Positions 8,642 through 16,262 of a stretch of 20,000 bases of DNA are shown here, one piece after another. This DNA is from an uncultured virus (IMG/VR IMGVR_UViG_3300028393_000063) (Duplodnaviria > Heunggongvirae > Uroviricota > Caudoviricetes), in the IMG/VR virus record IMGVR_UViG_3300028393_000063; one strand, 5' to 3'. Every line of letters begins with the position of its first letter. Within the stretch, counting starts at the first letter, position 1. The notes beneath the pieces are model-generated. The model saw only the letters and a list, made by a program, of their open reading frames with translations, did not search any database and was not told the DNA's origin. The position numbers and the translations under genes are program-made.

Positions 8642-9058
8642 TTAACTTACGGTTACGCTATTTGTTACACCTATAGATTGTAAACTATTCGGTGTTTCCC
8701 CAAAATCATATTTAAACCCTACCGGGTTCCAACTCCATTGAATCTGTCTACTACCCCCACTAGGAGTTCCATAACCATCTAAAGTATCCCCAGCGGATTC
8801 ATTTATAATAATACCAGTATTCCCAGATTGATAATAGCTATTATCTCTACGTGGTTCTCTTACAGCCTGCGGGTCATTGACCGGATACATACCTAATTGC
8901 AATTGTGGCTGGTCAGGTTCCCAACACTCAGGACATACTTTAATGCTAACTTGCTTAGTCTTAATTGTTAGTTTTTTTAAGTCCGTGAGTTTAAATCTAA
9001 AGCCACATCTATCGCACTCAGCAATTGAAAATCTGCCAGAGGTAAACATCGTAGTCAT
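8642..9058 (-). CDS. Zn-ribbon protein of the neck region
   Basis: 138 aa; CDRC...CPEC pair; PQ..LG..P..DPQA.R.PR. Confidence 0.75.
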   Translation of the reverse strand: MTTMFTSGRFSIAECDRCGFRFKLTDLKKLTIKTKQVSIKVCPECWEPDQPQLQLGMYPVNDPQAVREPRRDNSYYQSGNTGIIINESAGDTLDGYGTPSGGSRQIQWSWNPVGFKYDFGETPNSLQSIGVTNSVTVS

Positions 9059-9062
9059 TGCA

Positions 9063-9794
9063 TTACCTTAAAAACGTAACACGAGGTATATATCTATCGG
9101 GCGCTTTTTCTCTATCTTCCGCTGCGGCTAAAGCAAATTGCTCTTCGTAATCTTGTTTAAGACTTATAATCCGTTGTGGGTCTACCCCTTTTAATTTAAT
9201 AGACAAGTAATAAGCTAATCCTGCTACCACAGCAGGTATAAATCTAAATGGAATATCTTGTGTATTAACAGCTGTACCTGCATCTTGAATGCGCCTTAAA
9301 CGCCAGTATACAAACGTATAATACGGGCTTGCTATCGTTCCTTGGTCAGGGGTAGGCCACACTACTATCTTGGGGTTATTTACGCCTGTAGGGTACGTTG
9401 CGCCGCTTTGACGGTTAATCCAAACTTGGATTGGTCGCCCTTGCGCTAATTTATTAGGAATTGTAGAGTAGGTAGATACACTGATGCGGCTGATGGTGAT
9501 ATCGGTCTGATTATTCTGTTGACCCGCATTAGTACGGATTTGATGTTCGAGTAAATCAATTGTATCAACTGGTAAGTCATATGTGTTTATCCCCTGCCCC
9601 ATTGGTATGGTGCCTTGTTCAATAGTCCAAAGGTTAATACCACGATTAGCCCACTCAATAGTAAGTATGTTTAATGAACGTCTTGCTGTCTTAAAGTCAT
9701 AACCCGTGCGTATTTCAAGACCGCATCTTTCAAATGACTCTTCAATAAGTTCACTTAAATCAAGGTTAAATGCGGAGGTACCTGTTGTAGTCAT
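9063..9794 (-). CDS. Head-tail connector / adaptor protein
   Basis: 243 aa; FNLDL.ELIEE.FERCG, ARRSLN...EWANRG.NLW, WP.PD and P.RF.PA..AGLAYYL motifs; helical adaptor-like termini; position. Confidence 0.7.
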   Translation of the reverse strand: MTTTGTSAFNLDLSELIEESFERCGLEIRTGYDFKTARRSLNILTIEWANRGINLWTIEQGTIPMGQGINTYDLPVDTIDLLEHQIRTNAGQQNNQTDITISRISVSTYSTIPNKLAQGRPIQVWINRQSGATYPTGVNNPKIVVWPTPDQGTIASPYYTFVYWRLRRIQDAGTAVNTQDIPFRFIPAVVAGLAYYLSIKLKGVDPQRIISLKQDYEEQFALAAAEDREKAPDRYIPRVTFLR

Positions 9795-9973
9795 TTACTA
9801 GCTTTCTTTGCTTTACTAGCGGCTTTTTGAGCAGTTATATTAACAAGCGCTTTTTTAGCTACAGTTGTTGTTTTTTTAACAACTTGCTTTTTAACGGGTG
9901 CTACTACTCCCACAACATCTTGTGGTTTTGGCATATACCAATTAGTTAGCCACAGTAGTATTTTATTTAGCAT
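9791..9973 (-). CDS. Small Lys-rich hypothetical protein
   Basis: 60 aa; hydrophobic N-terminus and K/A-rich tail; 4-nt overlap with the next gene. Confidence 0.65.
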   Translation of the reverse strand: MLNKILLWLTNWYMPKPQDVVGVVAPVKKQVVKKTTTVAKKALVNITAQKAASKAKKASK

Positions 9974-9981
9974 ATTATACC

Positions 9982-10125
9982 CTAACGTATAAACATTATT
10001 CTAAGTATAAACAAGTCTAATACAAAATAACTAAAGTCTTCGTCTGTAACTAATTCAAACCCAAACATCACACCTTTAATAAAGTGTAAATCAATACTAA
10101 ATAACGGTTCGGTGTCTTCGTTCAT
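9982..10125 (-). CDS. Small hydrophobic hypothetical protein, 47 aa (not in the ORF track)
   Basis: TAATG stop/start overlap at 10125; MNEDTEPLFSIDLHFIKGVMFGFELVTDEDFSYFVLDLFILRIMFIR*. Confidence 0.75.
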   Translation of the reverse strand: MNEDTEPLFSIDLHFIKGVMFGFELVTDEDFSYFVLDLFILRIMFIR

Positions 10126-10358
10126 TATCTGTACCCTGCGGTTTTCTTTGCTATGTTTTTCGGTTGTGCTACAAACTGTTTACCTTTTGCTTTACCCGCC
10201 CGCTTTGCCCGTGTAGTTGCGGCATACTCTTGCGGACTTAACGCATCAATAGCCTTCTTTGGTAAATACCGCTCACCCGTTACAGATGATTTCTTACCTG
10301 ACTTGGTTGTCCATTTCTGGTCCCCCCAAGCTTTTAAAGACTGTTGTGGCGCTTTCAA
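10125..10358 (-). CDS. Basic protein, DUF5872-like C-terminal half
   Basis: 77 aa, TTG start overlapping the upstream TGA; QQSL..W..QKW.TKSG...GERYLP and GKQFV motifs (family from recall). Confidence 0.7.
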   Translation of the reverse strand: MKAPQQSLKAWGDQKWTTKSGKKSSVTGERYLPKKAIDALSPQEYAATTRAKRAGKAKGKQFVAQPKNIAKKTAGYR

Positions 10359-10609
10359 TCTTTATACCCCCCACCGGCGGCTTTGTATTTCTTTGCTACC
10401 AATTGAGCCTTACGAGCTGACCATTTCCCTGCGCCTGTGCCTTGTGTTGCTGCGGATTTAACCTGAGAAACAATACGCTTTCTAAGACTAGGTTTAGTGT
10501 AATTACCAGCTGCGTTTACTTTACCGCCTTTTTTTAATAAGACGGCGGACTTGGAACTATCAGGTTGTTTTGCTGGGCTAATTGCTCCCATGCCCCGACT
10601 AGCTTTCAT
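10355..10609 (-). CDS. Basic protein, DUF5872-like N-terminal half
   Basis: 84 aa; NYTKP.LRKRI...G.WSARKAQL....YK..GGGY (family from recall). Confidence 0.7.
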   Translation of the reverse strand: MKASRGMGAISPAKQPDSSKSAVLLKKGGKVNAAGNYTKPSLRKRIVSQVKSAATQGTGAGKWSARKAQLVAKKYKAAGGGYKD

Positions 10610-10878
10610 TTTGTCTTGCCGCCTCTACACATACCATAACCACGAGTAGCTAATTGACCAGCAACTTTACCGCCCTTAGCCATTTTTTTAGTGGCTGTAG
10701 GAGGAGTGTCTGAAGTCATAGATTTATACTTTTCTACGACATAATCTTTAGCTTTACGTAAAGGAGCCATCATAGCTTCACGGTCTTGCTTGTTTTCTTC
10801 CGTTGCTATTTTATCGGTTATTTCTTTAGCCGTAGGCTTGCCCTTATACTCGTCTGGGTCGTATTTTTGCTCAGCCAT
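10606..10878 (-). CDS. Small protein with KKMAKGGKV motif
   Basis: 90 aa; 4-nt overlap with the downstream gene. Confidence 0.75.
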   Translation of the reverse strand: MAEQKYDPDEYKGKPTAKEITDKIATEENKQDREAMMAPLRKAKDYVVEKYKSMTSDTPPTATKKMAKGGKVAGQLATRGYGMCRGGKTK

Positions 10879-10880
10879 GA

Positions 10881-11306
10881 TTAGCAGACCTTGCCTTTAG
10901 TTTTGCCCTTAGACTCAATCCCACCACCTTTAGACATTTTTTTAACCTTGCCGCCTTTTTTCATCATACCCATTTCAGCGGTTTCGTGTTTTACCATAGA
11001 AGCCGGAGCTCCCTTTTTCTTCATAAATGCAACTTCTTTTCCTACCATTTTTTTAGACTCTGCCATACCGCCTCCTTTTAGACCTACATGTTTACTAAGA
11101 CTATAATTGGGAACCCCACCTTCTGTATGATGGGCTTTTGGTTTGTTAATACTTGCGGGCATACCGCCCTTTTTAAATGTTTTACCTTTATCTGCTTCTG
11201 CAAAATCTTTACCTACCGATTGAGGTACGCCTAATCTTTTTGCTGCTTTAGGATTGTGCGCAACCAACTCCATAAACCGATGCTGTTTTGCTGTTTTACT
11301 TGGCAT
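10881..11306 (-). CDS. Lys/Gly-rich basic protein (141 aa), putative internal virion protein
   Basis: Start reassigned to MPSKTAKQHRFM (ATG 11306), just after the upstream stop; multiple KGG motifs. Confidence 0.75.
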   Translation of the reverse strand: MPSKTAKQHRFMELVAHNPKAAKRLGVPQSVGKDFAEADKGKTFKKGGMPASINKPKAHHTEGGVPNYSLSKHVGLKGGGMAESKKMVGKEVAFMKKKGAPASMVKHETAEMGMMKKGGKVKKMSKGGGIESKGKTKGKVC

Positions 11307-11307
11307 A

Positions 11308-11556
11308 TTATTTCCAATGATTTGAAACAAAATCAACTAACCATGCGCCTGCGCCCGCTAACATCATCCAAACTAAACCGGCTAAAGACTTATGGATTAT
11401 TGCTTTACGTAACTCTGCTCGTTCTGCTTCTGCTTTTATTGCCATTCTAACCCATTGTAACTCATCTGGATTTAATGGATGTGAATCTATAGTTTGCTGT
11501 ACTGCCTCTTTAATTAGCTGCACTAGTTCTAATTTTGTGGAGTCGTCTAGTGCCAT
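11308..11556 (-). CDS. Small protein with a C-terminal transmembrane segment (holin-like candidate)
   Basis: TAATG coupling suggests a start at 11556; hydrophobic SLAGLVWMMLAGAGAWLVDFV. Holin function is not established. Confidence 0.55.
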   Translation of the reverse strand: MALDDSTKLELVQLIKEAVQQTIDSHPLNPDELQWVRMAIKAEAERAELRKAIIHKSLAGLVWMMLAGAGAWLVDFVSNHWK

Positions 11557-11813
11557 TAACATTTCCATCTCTTTAGACTTGCAGCCTTTCTAGTAGGTTT
11601 GCCGTTCTCGTCTTTCATTGGTCCGGGCATTCCTGACATCCTAGCGCAAAACGACTTCTTCCTTGCGCCCCCTTGTGGTTGCGGAGCCTTTAAGTTAGAC
11701 CCTGTAGCCGCATTGTACTTAGCTCTGCCTTTGGCGGTAAGTCCAGCCCCTTTAGATACGGGTAACTTCTCACCCCTACCAATAGCCAGAGACGGACCTT
11801 TTTTCTTAGCCAT
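11556..11813 (-). CDS. Small basic protein, DUF6321-like
   Basis: 85 aa; GL.AKGRA.YN...G.NLK.P...R.KSFCARM.G...SL.RWKC (family from recall). Confidence 0.7.
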   Translation of the reverse strand: MAKKKGPSLAIGRGEKLPVSKGAGLTAKGRAKYNAATGSNLKAPQPQGGARKKSFCARMSGMPGPMKDENGKPTRKAASLKRWKC

Positions 11814-12318
11814 AATAAATATTAACTGCCGTTAGGTTAACCATATACGCATACACGCCAGTAATAGCTCTTACGCCTTCTCCCGGAATAAATGGTGCGT
11901 TATTATAAGAATCTCCAGCCGCTATATCATATGACATTAGCCACTTACCTGTAGAATAAACAAGTGTTGGTGAGGCACTAATAGTCCCGCTGTTAATGTC
12001 TGTAACTGTAAATGTACTAGAGTTTGTAACAGTAACTGCGTAAGTACCATTAGTAGCCGTTCCGCCCGTGCCCGCCGCAAAGTCAATACCAATGGTTTGT
12101 CCTGTTGCTAAACCATGAGCCGATTGCGTAATAGTAACAGTTGTCCCAGAACGACCATAAGTAGCCGTAGTTACAGGAGCGGTTGTGGTATCAAAAATAG
12201 TTAATTGCCCAGCAGAGGCAGTACCAGTTAATGATATACCCTTAATACGGGTGCCAAAAGGCACCATAATACCGCTGCCGTTTAAATGCGCTTGTTTTAC
12301 ATCATATTGCATACCCAT
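11806..12318 (-). CDS. Virion structural protein with an internal beta-rich (HGL.TG) module
   Basis: 170 aa, AGGAG RBS; MQYDVK...IPGEG...YYG frame with a TVTIT..AHGL.TG.....NGTY.VT...TFTV segment. Confidence 0.7.
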   Translation of the reverse strand: MGMQYDVKQAHLNGSGIMVPFGTRIKGISLTGTASAGQLTIFDTTTAPVTTATYGRSGTTVTITQSAHGLATGQTIGIDFAAGTGGTATNGTYAVTVTNSSTFTVTDINSGTISASPTLVYSTGKWLMSYDIAAGDSYNNAPFIPGEGVRAITGVYAYMVNLTAVNIYYG

Positions 12319-12337
12319 AATTAATCTCCTAAGTTGT

Positions 12338-12358
12338 AAAAAGGGGTCCGTAGACCCC
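12338..12358 (-). terminator. Intrinsic terminator with cUACGg tetraloop
   Basis: Minus strand GGGGTC-TACG-GACCCC-TTTTT, about 10 nt after the stop at 12368. Confidence 0.85.
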
Positions 12359-12367
12359 CCGGATTAA

Positions 12368-13051
12368 TTAATCAAAGTTACCGTATGGGTAGGCTGTAGC
12401 TGTACCAATGTTTCCATCAGCTTGTGTATACTGAACTGTAAATATGTACTGACCCGCTGTAACTGCGGAAAGAGTAGTACCTACAATTGCAATAGTGAAT
12501 ACAACCTGAGAAATATTTGGTTGTCCGCTCTGAAGAATATCAGTAGACGTAGCTTGCATATTAGCTAGTTGAGTAGCTGTAAATGTAGCTAGTGCTTGGC
12601 GACCAACAGCGCTAATTGCACCTGTAGCAGCATAAGTAGGTGTACCAGCGGCAGCTGTATAGTTATTTGAAATGTAAACAGTTTGTGATGTTAGTGTACC
12701 TGTAACAGTAACTAAAGCTTGAACATCAACAAGCATATTAATAATGCGGCTATTTGTTGGTAGATATGCAACAAACCCACGATATATGTTAGTGGCTGTA
12801 TCAGCTGGAATAGTTTGTACAACTGATGGGAATGTAGAAGAAGACGGTACATAAACAACGCCAGAGGTATTTGGAATAGCGTTTGAATCAACAAATTGAC
12901 CAGAAATTCCGCCGTAGTTAGCAGTATTTGCCGTTACGTTTGTCAATAATAAATTACCTGATTGGTTTAACCCAGCGTATCCTACGTTACGTAGGGCGCC
13001 AAATCTAGTATCACCTGATAGAATTGGACCTTCAAAAGTTGCTCGTGCCAT
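12368..13051 (-). CDS. Virion structural protein (capsid-associated candidate)
   Basis: 227 aa, MARATFEGP.LSG N-terminus, beta-rich; AAGGGG RBS; bounded by an RNA element and a terminator. Confidence 0.7.
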   Translation of the reverse strand: MARATFEGPILSGDTRFGALRNVGYAGLNQSGNLLLTNVTANTANYGGISGQFVDSNAIPNTSGVVYVPSSSTFPSVVQTIPADTATNIYRGFVAYLPTNSRIINMLVDVQALVTVTGTLTSQTVYISNNYTAAAGTPTYAATGAISAVGRQALATFTATQLANMQATSTDILQSGQPNISQVVFTIAIVGTTLSAVTAGQYIFTVQYTQADGNIGTATAYPYGNFD

Positions 13052-13074
13052 TATAAAACCCCTTATGCAAAAGT

Positions 13075-13135
13075 TTGCTTATACCAATCGTTGCATCGTC
13101 TGCTGGGGCAGTCCGGTATAAGAAATCACCCAGTT
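13075..13135 (-). ncRNA. Structured RNA with pseudoknot, candidate Mu-gpT-DE-like motif
   Basis: 8-bp stem CTTATACC/GGTATAAG (13115-13122 with 13078-13085) enclosing hairpin CTGC-CCCA-GCAG, whose loop region is complementary to upstream CTGGG (13129-13133). Family name from recall. Confidence 0.6.
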
Positions 13136-13140
13136 ACCAG

Positions 13141-13210
13141 TAGTTTATACTATTTTTTATTTTTGTGTAATGTTTTTTAATGTTTTTTAGCTAAAATGTA
13201 TAAAAAGGAG
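13141..13210. promoter_or_regulatory. AT-rich divergent promoter region
   Basis: Between divergent genes; plus-strand TAAAAT at 13192-13197; minus-strand TATAAA/TAAACT near 13142-13149; tandem AATGTTTTTT at 13169-13188; no convincing -35 boxes. Confidence 0.45.
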
Positions 13211-13216
13211 ATTTTT

Positions 13217-13363
13217 ATGAGTTCTTGGCTTATTATTGTGACTGGATTAATCTACGCTTATATTGCACTAGAGCAAGGAATAAAAGGAAACATGTCTATG
13301 GCAGTCGTATATAGCGGGTATTCTTTTTCGAATTTAGGGCTTTACTTACTGGCAACTAAATAA
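13217..13363 (+). CDS. Small membrane protein, 48 aa (not in the ORF track)
   Basis: AAGGAG RBS; MSSWLIIVTGLIYAYIALEQGIKGNMSMAVVYSGYSFSNLGLYLLATK*; two hydrophobic stretches. Confidence 0.85.
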   Translation: MSSWLIIVTGLIYAYIALEQGIKGNMSMAVVYSGYSFSNLGLYLLATK

Positions 13364-13364
13364 C

Positions 13365-13784
13365 ATGACTACTATTCTTGGTGATTGGAAACAAAAAGTT
13401 TTAGTGGCAGATAGTCAATTTTCAGATACCGACACTGGCATTAAATACTTTGAAGATAAGGTCTTTGCAATAGATGGTGGGTGGGTTGGCGTTGCGGGTA
13501 ATTACGTAGACGCAGAAAAAGTTATAGAGTTTTTAAATAAAAAAAGTAAAGTAAAACCAAAATTAAAATCAGATAGCTCTTTCTTAAAACTTACAAACGA
13601 AGGTTTATTTGCTTGTGGGGATGACCTTGAGTGGGAAAGAGTTAGAACTTTTATGGCTATTGGCAGTGGGGCAATGGCGGCAGAGGTATGTATGCGCATG
13701 GGTCTAACACCTGAAGACTCTGTAAAGTGGGCTTGTAATGTGGATTTAATGAGCCACGAGCCTGTTAAAACTTACCCCCTGTAA
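13365..13784 (+). CDS. Minimal HslV/proteasome-beta-like Ntn hydrolase
   Basis: M-T-T-I start (Thr1), ADS (Asp), DKVF (Lys), GVAG and AIGSG motifs in HslV order; only 139 aa. Confidence 0.75.
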   Translation: MTTILGDWKQKVLVADSQFSDTDTGIKYFEDKVFAIDGGWVGVAGNYVDAEKVIEFLNKKSKVKPKLKSDSSFLKLTNEGLFACGDDLEWERVRTFMAIGSGAMAAEVCMRMGLTPEDSVKWACNVDLMSHEPVKTYPL

Positions 13785-13786
13785 AA

Positions 13787-14149
13787 ATGCCATATAAAGA
13801 CCCTGCAGTTAGAAAGTTAAAACATGCGGAGTATTCAAAAAAACATTACGAAGAAAATAAAGTATCAGAAAAAATAAGATTAGCCAAAACAAAAAAAGAA
13901 AAAAGAGCCGAATGGGCTGCTTTTAAAGCCACTCTTAGGTGTGAAAGATGTGGAGAAGACCACCCAGCAACTTTTGACTTTCACCATGTAAATCCCAAAG
14001 AAAAAGAAGGTGACCTTAGTTCATTAATAACCGGCGGTCAATTTTCTAAAGCGTACAAAGAATTAAAAAAATGTATTGTGCTGTGCTCAAACTGCCATCG
14101 TATACATCACTACGAAGAAAATTTAAAATTAAAAAACCCCGCCTTGTGA
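13787..14149 (+). CDS. HNH endonuclease
   Basis: CERC...FDFHH...KCIVLCSNCHRIHH Zn-HNH signature after a basic N-terminal helix. Confidence 0.9.
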   Translation: MPYKDPAVRKLKHAEYSKKHYEENKVSEKIRLAKTKKEKRAEWAAFKATLRCERCGEDHPATFDFHHVNPKEKEGDLSSLITGGQFSKAYKELKKCIVLCSNCHRIHHYEENLKLKNPAL

Positions 14150-14157
14150 GCGGGGTT
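14131..14157 (-). terminator. Intrinsic terminator after the major capsid gene
   Basis: Minus strand AACCCCGC-TCACAAG-GCGGGGTT-TTTT; overlaps the last codons and TGA stop of the HNH gene. Confidence 0.85.
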
Positions 14158-14178
14158 CTATTGGGTAGGAGCATTCGA

Positions 14179-15096
14179 TTAGAATGAACCAGAACTTCCC
14201 CAGACACCTAGTGGGTCCGACCAGCCAAATGAATAACGCTCACGAGACTTGTAACGTACGTTACCAGTGTCAAAGTCGCCGTCCATAGAATTCTGGAGAG
14301 GAGTACGGATAAAGTGCTTCAATCCGTTAGGAACGTCAGTCAACATAAACCAAGCATTAGTATCGGTCAAGAAGTGGTTAACTGTGTAACCTTCAGGAAC
14401 AGTACCGTTGTTGTTAATTGCACTGATGTCATTGTTGTTTGTACCAACACGTAACTTAGTTTCAAGTAGGCGAGTAGCTACGAACTGCAATGCAGGAGGA
14501 ACAACTAACTTCTTAGGTTTAGCAGCAATTAAGAGGCTACGCTCATCAGTCCAAGCAGCGATTTGAATAACAGCAGCTTCTAAAGAAGTTTCATTCAAGT
14601 CAACTTGGGTTGAAGGAGTATTAGCATTAGTGCCACCAGATACTAGTGGATGCACTGTAGAGAACAGAGGAACGCCATCTCCGCCGTAATACTGGCTTGA
14701 GTTAGTGAAACCATTGTTTAATACAGAAGCAGCTTTTACTTGCTTAGTGTAAGACATACCACGAGCTAGAGCCTTAGTATAACGAGCAGACAATGAGTCA
14801 TACAAGTTATCTTCAATCGCTTCTTCAGTGATTGAGAAACCTAAAGCAATGGTTTCGTGTGAGTAACGAGTTGTCCATGCCTCTTGCGCATTGTCATAAG
14901 CAATGGCAGCGCCTTCAGATTTAACTGGGGCAGCAGAGAATCCAGACAATTTTGTCTCTTCTTCAAACGAACGCTCAGAAGATTCAGTCTCATATAACTC
15001 TTTGTGCTCTTCGCCGTAGCGAGCATACTCAAGACCAAACAGGGCATTGAGGCCGGGTAATAGCTCTTTAAGGAGCTGTGAACGTGAAATAGCCAT
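14179..15096 (-). CDS. Major capsid protein (HK97 fold, Mu gpT-like family)
   Basis: 305 aa; MAISR.QL.KELLPGLNALFG, SERSFEEE, K.EG..I.YD, GGDGVPLFS..HP and GDFDTGNVRYK.RERYSFG.SDP motifs; AAGGAG RBS; followed by a terminator. Confidence 0.92.
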   Translation of the reverse strand: MAISRSQLLKELLPGLNALFGLEYARYGEEHKELYETESSERSFEEETKLSGFSAAPVKSEGAAIAYDNAQEAWTTRYSHETIALGFSITEEAIEDNLYDSLSARYTKALARGMSYTKQVKAASVLNNGFTNSSQYYGGDGVPLFSTVHPLVSGGTNANTPSTQVDLNETSLEAAVIQIAAWTDERSLLIAAKPKKLVVPPALQFVATRLLETKLRVGTNNNDISAINNNGTVPEGYTVNHFLTDTNAWFMLTDVPNGLKHFIRTPLQNSMDGDFDTGNVRYKSRERYSFGWSDPLGVWGSSGSF

Positions 15097-15107
15097 TTTT
15101 TAGCTCC

Positions 15108-15764
15108 TTAGTTAGATGTACCGGCGGATTGATAATATGAATGCACGCCAAAGTTTATTTTGACAATACAATCCGTATAAGCATCACCGGGGTTAGATGG
15201 GAAATTGCCGCCAAATGAAGAGTTAGCGTTAACTAAATCAACAATTTTGCAAGCAAGAGCGCTTGTGTTAGCTACAGTAGCCGATAAAGCAATAACTGAG
15301 TTACCAGTAGTTGTATTAACGGTTGTGCTTCCAGTACCGCCTGTAAAGTTAGCCAATGCGATTGTCTTACCGATAGAAGCAACGGTAATTGAACCTAAAG
15401 ACTGAGCTTGGAATAAACAATCTGGGTCATCCATTACACGAATATAAATATTTGTGTAGCCAGCAGTCACAGCGTTAGCTGGTAAATACTGAGCATATAA
15501 AGGATAGCCTAATTGTTGTCCAGCCAATTGATAACGTACGCCTACGCAAACACCAACTAGACCAACTGAAGATGTTGTAGGTGTAGCAGTTACAACTGTT
15601 GGTTGTCCAGCTGTTGATGCTCCAATTTGAACCAAATCTCCATTACCAATAGGGGCACTATTATTGCTGGTAAGTAGAATCTCACGAATCACCCCACCAT
15701 TAAATGCCTGACCACCGATAAGGTTAAGTGGCTTTAGTCCATAAGGACCTGAGAATGTCGCCAT
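15108..15764 (-). CDS. Capsid decoration/cement protein (putative)
   Basis: 218 aa immediately upstream of the MCP; PYGLKP.N..GG, I..GD.V, GV..G and DDPD..F motifs; GGAGG RBS. Confidence 0.65.
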   Translation of the reverse strand: MATFSGPYGLKPLNLIGGQAFNGGVIREILLTSNNSAPIGNGDLVQIGASTAGQPTVVTATPTTSSVGLVGVCVGVRYQLAGQQLGYPLYAQYLPANAVTAGYTNIYIRVMDDPDCLFQAQSLGSITVASIGKTIALANFTGGTGSTTVNTTTGNSVIALSATVANTSALACKIVDLVNANSSFGGNFPSNPGDAYTDCIVKINFGVHSYYQSAGTSN

Positions 15765-15794
15765 TTTAAACCTCCAAAATTAAATTAATTAAAA

Positions 15795-16262
15795 TCACTT
15801 ACCACCAAAAGTAACCTTTGTAGACCTATCTTTAAACATAGGCATACGGGGGTCGTTTTCACGCATGTAAGTATTATCTACCGATTCCATCTGAGAATTA
15901 GCTAAACGCTCATAATGTTTAGCACGCTGCTCCATCATCTCTTTTGGGGCACGGCATAAAACTAAACCACCAATCTCAATTGAGCCTTTATATTGTCCAT
16001 CAATGGACGCATGGCTCATAGCTTCAGGATAATCCTCTGCCTTCACAGGTTCGAATCCTTCCCTACGGCTTTTGGAGATATTCATTGGGTCAGAGGCTCC
16101 CATTAAGGAAGTTCTGCACCATCTATGAGTCCAACCTTCTCGTGGGTCAATTTTTGGCAGTGTTTCAGGCGGTGTCCATACGTTAATAGGGCGCACCTCA
16201 TTATCACGGGATTCTTGCTCACGACTAGTTTTGTTTGCAACAGTTATTGTTCCTGTACTCAT
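15795..16262 (-). CDS. Conserved head-module protein of unknown function
   Basis: 155 aa; W.PP..LP...GW..RW.R, REG.EPV and IGGL.LC motifs; coupled to the scaffold stop. Confidence 0.75.
   Translation of the reverse strand: MSTGTITVANKTSREQESRDNEVRPINVWTPPETLPKIDPREGWTHRWCRTSLMGASDPMNISKSRREGFEPVKAEDYPEAMSHASIDGQYKGSIEIGGLVLCRAPKEMMEQRAKHYERLANSQMESVDNTYMRENDPRMPMFKDRSTKVTFGGK

Noticed and set aside
10355..10375. Programmed -1 frameshift fusing the two DUF5872-like ORFs at the G run
   Set aside because: The -1 frame has a TAA just after the G run, and there is no canonical slippery heptamer at the junction.
14160..14200. Capsid C-terminal extension by frameshift or read-through
   Set aside because: TAA is followed closely by a terminator and an antisense gene, leaving no extension ORF.
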